Below, piece after piece: positions 26,974 through 33,333 of a stretch of DNA of 33,333 nt. The position numbers and the translations under genes are program-made. Under the pieces are notes generated by a model that searched no databases, was not told the origin of the DNA, and saw nothing but the letters and a program-made list of their open reading frames with translations. Source of the stretch: a virus (Duplodnaviria > Caudoviricetes); IMG/VR virus record IMGVR_UViG_3300014208_001391, positions 1 to 33,333 of that record, one strand, 5' to 3'. Every line of letters begins with the position of its first letter. Position 1 is the stretch's first letter.

Positions 26974-29900
26974 TTAAATTTTTATTCCTGTTATATAAAT
27001 AAACTTACCTCTATTTTCAATCGTTCCCTTAATTTCGAACCCACATTCATCTAAAATGTTAATCAAATTTTGTAAATCTTTTTCGGATTCGTAATTTTTT
27101 GATGGCTCAGCAATATAAATCAACCCACGTCTATTCATTATTCTATTTGCTTCGATAAAATACTCTTTATAATTTGTTCCCCACAAAGCTAATGAAAATA
27201 CTGCAATATCAATTGTCTCATCATTCAACCCAGTATTTCTCATATCACAAGCTATAACAGAATCATCAATTGACACATGGTCAAAAGCATAAACTTTATT
27301 ATTTGGAATCTTATGTCTCATTAGATTTTCACCACATCCAAAATCAACAACAACATCTCTTTTGTCTTTAATTTTGGTTGCAATGTATTCATATGGTATT
27401 TCTGGCCAATCTTTCATTCTATCATTTCTAAGAGCATGGTATCTAAACCAAGATTCAGGATTGTCTAAAAATTCCTTATGAGTAGTTGAAGATAAAGACG
27501 TATTTGCTCTACGATGATAAGAGTTTAATTCTGATTTTATTCTTGTAGTTCTATCAATACTATTCGATATTTCAGGATAGAGATTCATTGACACTAAATC
27601 CCTTTTGGTTTCTATAATATTTCCACTATCCACCCTTTCTTTCCATTTTTTCAGTGATTCTTGTGCCTTTTTAAACATTGTTTCTGGTTTTGGTAAAACT
27701 CTGGATGGAATTACACCATCAACCGATGCATCAGCTAATGTTTTTTTATTTTTAATTAGATTTAAGCGCTGAATATCCCACGACCAAAATTCTCCTCCAC
27801 CCATATCAATCCTAACTTGCGGAATAATAATTTCAACGCTATCAAAAATTGAACCTTGTCTATATATTCTACCTTTTAATTGAGTGTATTCAGAATCAGT
27901 CCAAGGAAGAGTAAGTATAATCATTCTATCACAAACTTCTTGTAATCCATCAACACCAGTTCCAATTGGTTTTGAGCCAATAAGAATATCTATCTTACCT
28001 GAAACAAAATCTTTTAAATTTTTATCTCTAAGATATGTAGATTCTTTCCCTGTATAAGTTCCAACTTTAAAACCAAGTTCAGATATGAAATTTTCTACTT
28101 TTTTAATAAATCCAGTGGTGAAATATGTATAAATTATAGTTCCTTTTTTAAGATACTGTCTAATAGAATTTAATTTATCATCCAAAAGAAGTTTTTCAAC
28201 TTTTATATAATCTCTCGAATGAGTTTCCAACAAAGTGTCTAACAAATGAACGCCATCAATATTAAGATTTGACATATTTTGACCTGTCAACTCTGTAATA
28301 TTAATATCATATTTTGGAATAAACCTTAATCCATTCAAAGTTAATTGCTGAAAAATCTTCAAAGCATTCGCCAAACTTCTTCTGTGACCCAAATCATCAT
28401 ATTCCAATCCAGTCATTAAATTAAGTAATGATTTTGCTTCATACAACTCATTTATAACGGGAGTGGCAGACATAACCAACGTATAAACATTTTTATTACT
28501 TTCTCTTACTCTACCCAACAATCTGTTTAATATACTTCTTCTAATAGATTCATTTTCTTCTCCTTCGTTTCTTTGCTTTACATTGTGAACTTCATCTACA
28601 ACTACAAAATCAATCTGATTGTTATTTGTTAGTGATTGACATAATTCTTCGGAATATTCTTGTTGAAATTTCTCATAGTTTAATATGAGATAATTGTGTT
28701 TATTTCTATCAAATACGTAATTGTCTTGATAGTCCGTAAAAACAGTACTATCTGGATATACAGCTTTAATTGCTTTTCCCGTTTGATCTATTGTTGAATT
28801 AACTGCAATGACTAATGTTAGTCTCGCATCCATTTCTCTACTTGCAATAATAAAAGACAGAGTTTTTCCAGCTCCAGTTCCAGACCAATTACCATATGAT
28901 TTATATTTAAGCAGTCTATGAACTGTTAATTTCTGCATTAAATTCGGAGGAGCAATTTTTCCCTTTAGTGGCCCTTCTTTATATTTAAACGAATATCCGA
29001 CAGGGGGATTATAATTAACAACGTCATTATATTCCTCAAAAAATAGATTCTTGATTGCTGTAAAATATTTTCCACCCTCTTCTTTTTCAATGTCAGATGC
29101 TTTAATTTCTCCATTAAGAAATTGATTCCACAACTTTCTTAATTTATATTGGATAAGACTTTCAAAAGCTTCCTCATCCATTGTAGCATAAATATTATTA
29201 TCTAAAGAATGCAATCCGTTTATAGGATTTACTTGTGGAAGCCTTTGTTGATTTAATTGTGTTGTAGTAATTTCGTTGTCAACATCATCAATTGTAACAA
29301 TTTCTTGTTCTTCAGTAAGTGTATTTATTTCGTTTGTATTTGATTCAGTTGTTGTTTGTGGTACTTCACCCGATTCATCTTCCAAACGAGCTCTAATTTC
29401 TTGTATTGTGGTAATACGACCATCTGAATTTGCATCTGTGTGAATAAGAGGTCTAAATTCCAATGGAAGATTTCCTTGACCAATTATAATAGACAATTCG
29501 ATTGGGTCCATCGTGAGAAGGTCAGAATATTGTATGTTTTTGAGAAGATGTAATTGTTTTTTTATAGTCCAATTTCCATTTTGCCCAATACCATATCCTA
29601 AAAAATCAGCCCAAGACAACCAACCGTTGCCCAAATAAACTTTACTTGGTGCGTTTGGAATGTTAAACGGCTTATCATTTTGAATTTTACAATAATTTTC
29701 CCAATCAATAGCGGATTTAAAATTTAATGAATGCACAAAAATCTTAGCATTTTCATATGGTATAAATTCACCGTTAAAGTTTGGTTTCGTTCCCAAAAAG
29801 TCTGGCCAAGATAGCCACCCTTCGTTTTTATAAGAAATATTTGGATTTGCTGGTATGTTTTTAGGGCGATTTCCTGTAGAACACCAATTTAACCAATCTT

Positions 29901-30588
29901 CAAGAGTTAAAATATTTAAGGTTTTTACAAATTTTTTGACTTCTTCAAAAGATAACCTGTTTTTTTTATTTACAATAAGTTTATTCTTCCCAAAAAAATC
30001 AATCCAGCTTATCCATTCGTTTTTTCTTTTAAAAGTTTGGTCTAAATTTCGTGGGATATTTTTTGGTTTGTTGTTATTCCACCAATTATTATATTCTTCA
30101 ACAGAGTTAATGTTCAATGATTTTATAATAGACTTTATTTCTTCAAGAGGCAAATATTCTTTATTTTGATTTGCAATATTCCCCGTTCCTAAAAAATCAC
30201 CCCATCCAGACCACTCACTATAATAAGCATCTGGGTTTTTTGGAATTTTATTTTGAAATTTTTTATTTAGAGAGTGCCAATCTTCAAATTCTTTTCTTGT
30301 TTTTAATTCAAAAGATTTTATTAATTTTTTTGCTTCATCGAAACATAAAAATTTATATTTACTTTTTTGGAAGTCTCCAACGGCTTTATTTGCACATACT
30401 TTACACCCTCCATTTCCAATCAGATGCCGTTCGGGGGTTGTTTCAAAAATACCATGTTCTTCTTCTAAACAAATAATTTTAATTCTCGTCTTTGAATTAA
30501 TATATTTGACCATAGAATAATTATATTTTTCTCCATGAACTTCTCTTGCTTTAGCTACAAACTCTTCAAATGTTGACTTTTTACTCAT
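26974..30588 (-). CDS. Multidomain protein: DUF723-like Zn repeat, 4 integrase-type repeats, SF2 helicase/ATPase and RRP8-like SAM methyltransferase
   Basis: HGEKYNYS..C..HG.F..GCKVC; GW.SW.DFLG repeats; GTGAGKT, DEVH, SATP, GTGVDG, QLKGRIYRQG; DFGCG, ACDM, DIAVFSLALWGTNY. Confidence 0.88.
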   Translation of the reverse strand: MSKKSTFEEFVAKAREVHGEKYNYSMVKYINSKTRIKIICLEEEHGIFETTPERHLIGNGGCKVCANKAVGDFQKSKYKFLCFDEAKKLIKSFELKTRKEFEDWHSLNKKFQNKIPKNPDAYYSEWSGWGDFLGTGNIANQNKEYLPLEEIKSIIKSLNINSVEEYNNWWNNNKPKNIPRNLDQTFKRKNEWISWIDFFGKNKLIVNKKNRLSFEEVKKFVKTLNILTLEDWLNWCSTGNRPKNIPANPNISYKNEGWLSWPDFLGTKPNFNGEFIPYENAKIFVHSLNFKSAIDWENYCKIQNDKPFNIPNAPSKVYLGNGWLSWADFLGYGIGQNGNWTIKKQLHLLKNIQYSDLLTMDPIELSIIIGQGNLPLEFRPLIHTDANSDGRITTIQEIRARLEDESGEVPQTTTESNTNEINTLTEEQEIVTIDDVDNEITTTQLNQQRLPQVNPINGLHSLDNNIYATMDEEAFESLIQYKLRKLWNQFLNGEIKASDIEKEEGGKYFTAIKNLFFEEYNDVVNYNPPVGYSFKYKEGPLKGKIAPPNLMQKLTVHRLLKYKSYGNWSGTGAGKTLSFIIASREMDARLTLVIAVNSTIDQTGKAIKAVYPDSTVFTDYQDNYVFDRNKHNYLILNYEKFQQEYSEELCQSLTNNNQIDFVVVDEVHNVKQRNEGEENESIRRSILNRLLGRVRESNKNVYTLVMSATPVINELYEAKSLLNLMTGLEYDDLGHRRSLANALKIFQQLTLNGLRFIPKYDINITELTGQNMSNLNIDGVHLLDTLLETHSRDYIKVEKLLLDDKLNSIRQYLKKGTIIYTYFTTGFIKKVENFISELGFKVGTYTGKESTYLRDKNLKDFVSGKIDILIGSKPIGTGVDGLQEVCDRMIILTLPWTDSEYTQLKGRIYRQGSIFDSVEIIIPQVRIDMGGGEFWSWDIQRLNLIKNKKTLADASVDGVIPSRVLPKPETMFKKAQESLKKWKERVDSGNIIETKRDLVSMNLYPEISNSIDRTTRIKSELNSYHRRANTSLSSTTHKEFLDNPESWFRYHALRNDRMKDWPEIPYEYIATKIKDKRDVVVDFGCGENLMRHKIPNNKVYAFDHVSIDDSVIACDMRNTGLNDETIDIAVFSLALWGTNYKEYFIEANRIMNRRGLIYIAEPSKNYESEKDLQNLINILDECGFEIKGTIENRGKFIYITGIKI

Positions 30589-31009
30589 TTTTTTTAATTT
30601 TCAATAAAAAATTACAAATTTCATATTTTTCTAATTTAGCATATATTTCAATCTGAGATGTGTCAATTTTTTTTACCTTTAATTTAAATTTAGTCCCATC
30701 GAATTCTGATGAGCAAGTATACCCTAAATAATTTTTATATTCACAAATACCTCTTTTTGTTGCAGATGTCTCGCCAGTTCCTAAATCTTGATTTAATAAA
30801 ATAAAACATTCTCCGTTAAACTCAGCAATCCAATTATCCAAAGAACGCGTTTCAAAAGATTCTAATAATTTTTTACACGTTTCACATTTATTAGTATGTC
30901 TTAACCAATCAAAATTATCTATTTCTATAGATAAAAAATCATCGCACCTTAAAACAAAATTATCATTTATGTATATTTCGTTTTTATTTTTTGTATCTAT
31001 TAATTTCAT
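30581..31009 (-). CDS. Hypothetical protein
   Basis: 142-aa ORF overlapping the helicase start; C-terminal EKYEIC (weak UVR-like). Confidence 0.7.
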   Translation of the reverse strand: MKLIDTKNKNEIYINDNFVLRCDDFLSIEIDNFDWLRHTNKCETCKKLLESFETRSLDNWIAEFNGECFILLNQDLGTGETSATKRGICEYKNYLGYTCSSEFDGTKFKLKVKKIDTSQIEIYAKLEKYEICNFLLKIKKNE

Positions 31010-31026
31010 TTAATTTTTTTTATTTC

Positions 31027-31049
31027 TACGCAACAAAGTTTAAAAAGTT
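31027..31049 (-). promoter_or_regulatory. AAC-N16-CGTA promoter
   Basis: tacg at 31027-31030, N16, gtt at 31047-31049. Confidence 0.7.
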
Positions 31050-31134
31050 ACATATAATCCAATGTTTCTTTGAAATTATTTAAGTTCCTTTGAGTTTCAT
31101 TTAAATTTTGTCTATATTTATTGGCAAATGCTTT

Positions 31135-31647
31135 ATGAATAAAATTAGAAAAATAATAAAAAAAACATTAAAAGAAATTTTTGACAAATTAGAAATGCCT
31201 ACAAATTACAAAGTCGCCAAAATCTCTAATGGGTTTCTTTATTCGTTTGAAAACAATGAAATAAATTATGGAGTTGAAATTAAAAAGGTTAAAAATGAAA
31301 AAATTGATCCAATAATGGTTCCAGATGAAAATATTAAAATTGTAATTTTTAACACTGAAGAAAAGTACAATGTAAACTTCGGAGTTTTATTAAATGGAAA
31401 ACTTTCAGATGATATTAAAACAAATAAATTTAACACAATCAATATTATTAGTTTTATTTTCGCAATAATGAATGATTTTATTAATAACAATAATGTTAAA
31501 ATAATTACTTATTACGCTACCAAGCAAAGAGATAAAATATATAAATACATTTATAATAAATATTTAAAAGATAATTTTATTTTTTATTCTGCGAAAGAAA
31601 CTCCCTTTTATGATAGGTTTTTAATTAAAAAAGAATTAATAAAATGA
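31135..31647 (+). CDS. Hypothetical protein (MNKIRKIIKKTLKE...)
   Basis: The ORF track starts at 31108. The ATG at 31135 is preferred because it follows ATATTTAT at 31114. Confidence 0.7.
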   Translation: MNKIRKIIKKTLKEIFDKLEMPTNYKVAKISNGFLYSFENNEINYGVEIKKVKNEKIDPIMVPDENIKIVIFNTEEKYNVNFGVLLNGKLSDDIKTNKFNTINIISFIFAIMNDFINNNNVKIITYYATKQRDKIYKYIYNKYLKDNFIFYSAKETPFYDRFLIKKELIK

Positions 31648-32237
31648 GTAGAGAAATTGAAACTAAGAAAAAATTAAAAATTAGACTGCAAGATGGGAAT
31701 GTGATATCTTATGAATCTATTAAAGATCTTTTTAAAAATAAAATGAAATGTAATATTTTTAATTCAAATATAAAAATACACATAAATCAAAAATGCTCTC
31801 CTTCTTTTTATATGGAATTAAATTGTAATGTAAACAAACAATTGTCTACAGATTTATTACTAAATGAAATCCCTTATTTTTTTAATAAATACTATATCAC
31901 GAAATTGAAAGATGAAAAACACATTTTTTTGAGTGCAGAGCTTTATCTTCGTGAATTATCAAACATAATAAAAAATGAAAAATTTCCTAATATAGACGAA
32001 TTTTTCGAAAAGTCACTCAAAGAAGATAATGTAAAAAGCTGGATTTCTATATTTGTTGATGATAAAGAATTATTAATAGAAGACTTATTAAAAATTATTT
32101 TATCTTTAAACTCGAATAAAGAAAAAATTGAAATTCAAAATATTGTAATAGATAATTTTAAAGAATTTTCTTTTGAATGTTCTGAAGGCTGGAAGTGTGT
32201 TTTAGATTATGAGCAAATTAAAAAATATGTGAATTAA
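31644..32237 (+). CDS. Hypothetical protein
   Basis: 197-aa ORF with ATGA coupling. Confidence 0.65.
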   Translation: MSREIETKKKLKIRLQDGNVISYESIKDLFKNKMKCNIFNSNIKIHINQKCSPSFYMELNCNVNKQLSTDLLLNEIPYFFNKYYITKLKDEKHIFLSAELYLRELSNIIKNEKFPNIDEFFEKSLKEDNVKSWISIFVDDKELLIEDLLKIILSLNSNKEKIEIQNIVIDNFKEFSFECSEGWKCVLDYEQIKKYVN

Positions 32238-32247
32238 TAACCAAAAA

Positions 32248-32637
32248 TCACTCTTGATCTTTTTTATACAAACCCATTTCTTCAAACATTTTGTCGGCTT
32301 TATCCCAATCAATAAAATGTCTTTTGCTAATTTCTGGAATAAACTTAAGCGGTGCACCAAGAGCAGCGTCATCTACGATCAACTGTCCGTATGCTTTAGG
32401 ACTTTTTGTCCATGTATGTTGTGAAGGATTTGATTGAATTCCATACAATGGAATTCCATTATTACAAAACCATTTTACTGCATCATTTAAAAACTCCTCA
32501 CTTCTCATTGTAAATAAAATTAGCCTGTGATTATTTTCAATAAGTTTTTTAAGTATTGGAACAGCCCCGATATCTTCACCTATTTCAGGGAATGAATGCA
32601 AAACCACTGAGCCGTCGAAATCTAAAATTATATCCAT
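32248..32637 (-). CDS. HAD-superfamily (BT0820-like) small phosphatase
   Basis: LDFDGSVV, LILFTMR, SPK, IVDDAALG. Confidence 0.82.
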   Translation of the reverse strand: MDIILDFDGSVVLHSFPEIGEDIGAVPILKKLIENNHRLILFTMRSEEFLNDAVKWFCNNGIPLYGIQSNPSQHTWTKSPKAYGQLIVDDAALGAPLKFIPEISKRHFIDWDKADKMFEEMGLYKKDQE

Positions 32638-32706
32638 ATTTTTATTTTTTAAGCAATATACATTTTTTTAATAACATTTACAAATAATTTTCAATATTTG
32701 TATCAA

Positions 32707-32750
32707 GTGAACTGACTCACTCACAGCTTAGCTGATAAGTGATCTTTCAC
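32707..32750 (-). mobile_element. Putative IS200/IS605 right end / 3' end of the omegaRNA scaffold
   Basis: Minus-strand hairpin tcacttatcagc-taa-gctgtgagtga followed by gtcagTTCAC, a TCAC-type right end at 32707. Confidence 0.6.
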
Positions 32751-33333
32751 GTTGCACGCACAATCTATTGATTCACGTTTAGCAACGCAAGGCTTGTTCC
32801 TAAGCCCGAAGTTTTTAATATTTTTTGCTGCATTTATGTCTCTATCGTGTTTGGCGCCACAGTGGGGACAAATCCAGGTTCTATCAGACAGTTTAAGGTT
32901 TTTGTTAATTTTCCCGCAGCAGGAGCACATTTTGGAGCTTGGATCGAATCTTCCGATGACGGAGGTGTTTTTTCCTTGCCATTCGGATTTATATTCGATC
33001 ATTGTTCTTAATTCGTTCCAACCCATATCAGATATTGCTCTTGCCAGACAATGGTTTTTAACCATGTTGGAAACAGCAAGGTCTTCCATGCAGATTGTAT
33101 CATAATTGTCAACCAAATGCTTGCTTATTTTGTGCAAATAATCCAGCCTCTGGTTTCTGACTTTTTCATGCATCAGAGCAACAACCATTTTTTGTTTTGC
33201 ATAATGATTGCTTCCTTTTGTTTTGCGAGATAATGAGCGTTGTGCAACCCTAAGTTGTCTTTGTGCTGATTTTAAGAAATCTTTATTCTCGAATTTCTTT
33301 CCATCAGACGTTATTAATAAGTCTTTTATTCCC
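32721..33333 (-). CDS. tnpB: TnpB C-terminal part (continues in frame from 1-657 through the terminal repeat)
   Basis: ICMEDL (RuvC-II), SSKMCSCCG...WICPHCG Zn finger, HDRDINAAKNI (RuvC-III). Confidence 0.93.
   Translation of the reverse strand, partial: GIKDLLITSDGKKFENKDFLKSAQRQLRVAQRSLSRKTKGSNHYAKQKMVVALMHEKVRNQRLDYLHKISKHLVDNYDTICMEDLAVSNMVKNHCLARAISDMGWNELRTMIEYKSEWQGKNTSVIGRFDPSSKMCSCCGKINKNLKLSDRTWICPHCGAKHDRDINAAKNIKNFGLRNKPCVAKRESIDCACNVKDHLSAKL
33225..33333. repeat. Terminal direct repeat, copy 2 (identical to 1-109)
   Basis: Direct sequence comparison. Confidence 0.97.

Noticed and set aside
26974-30588. Classical Type I/III/IIG restriction-modification enzyme
   Set aside because: No NPPY/DPPY MTase motif and no recognisable nuclease motif. 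The MTase resembles the Rrp8 family.
1224-31490. Other short ORFs nested in or antisense to long genes (e.g. 1224, 4538, 4748, 6990, 11461, 11926, 12182, 12745, 13151, 18433-18936, 19936, 21479, 21931-22668, 26217, 29855, 30171, 31266)
   Set aside because: Fully overlapped by better-supported genes; their composition is typical of AT-rich shadow frames.
32653-32684. Possible host-type promoter TTTG-N20-TATATTGC before the HAD gene
   Set aside because: The -7 box deviates from TAnnTTTG. Plausible, but not supported well enough to list.
32752-33233. Plus-strand ORFs 32752-33105 and 33051-33233
   Set aside because: Antisense to the tnpB C-terminal part.
1-33333. CRISPR array, tRNA or rRNA genes
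   Set aside because: No regularly spaced repeats or cloverleaf-like GC-rich segments seen. Intergenic gaps are short and explained by promoters and terminators. Not checked by software.
1-33333. Stop-codon reassignment, as found in some Bacteroidota phages
   Set aside because: Standard code 11 gives near-complete coding density with full-length conserved proteins, and TAA, TAG and TGA all end genes at expected positions.

Overview
Very AT-rich, gene-dense segment that most likely comes from a jumbo/huge phage of Bacteroidota. This is inferred from a Bacteroidetes-type RpoD, ClpP and DHS, TTTG-N19/20-TAnnTTTG promoters, a general lack of Shine-Dalgarno sites, free-standing endonucleases and a terminase-like paralog. 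No capsid, tail or replicative polymerase genes are recognisable. The first and last 109 nt are identical and lie inside a solo IS200/IS605-type tnpB; joining the ends restores an intact 386-aa TnpB, so the contig is either circular or bounded by two identical copies. Minus-strand operons carry auxiliary and counter-defence candidates: NADAR, ADP-ribosylglycohydrolase, KptA/Tpt1, PncA, CoaD-like, an MBL hydrolase, a 2H phosphoesterase, a nucleotidyltransferase, exonucleases, DnaJ, ClpP, YqeY, and a pyruvoyl arginine decarboxylase next to a deoxyhypusine-synthase-like gene. They also carry a 1204-aa fusion of DNA-binding repeats, an SF2 helicase and an RRP8-like methyltransferase. Plus-strand units interrupt these operons. 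Three of them share one layout: two tiny RHH-like ORFs (three of the six are absent from the ORF track) separated by a conserved spacer, followed by an interchangeable endonuclease (GIY-YIG or Vsr/DUF559-like). Three promoter classes can be read from the sequence: the host Bacteroidota type, an ECF-like AAC-N16-CGTA motif (7 copies, exact spacing) and an ATATTTAT motif. All family calls come from motif recognition by eye, not database searches.
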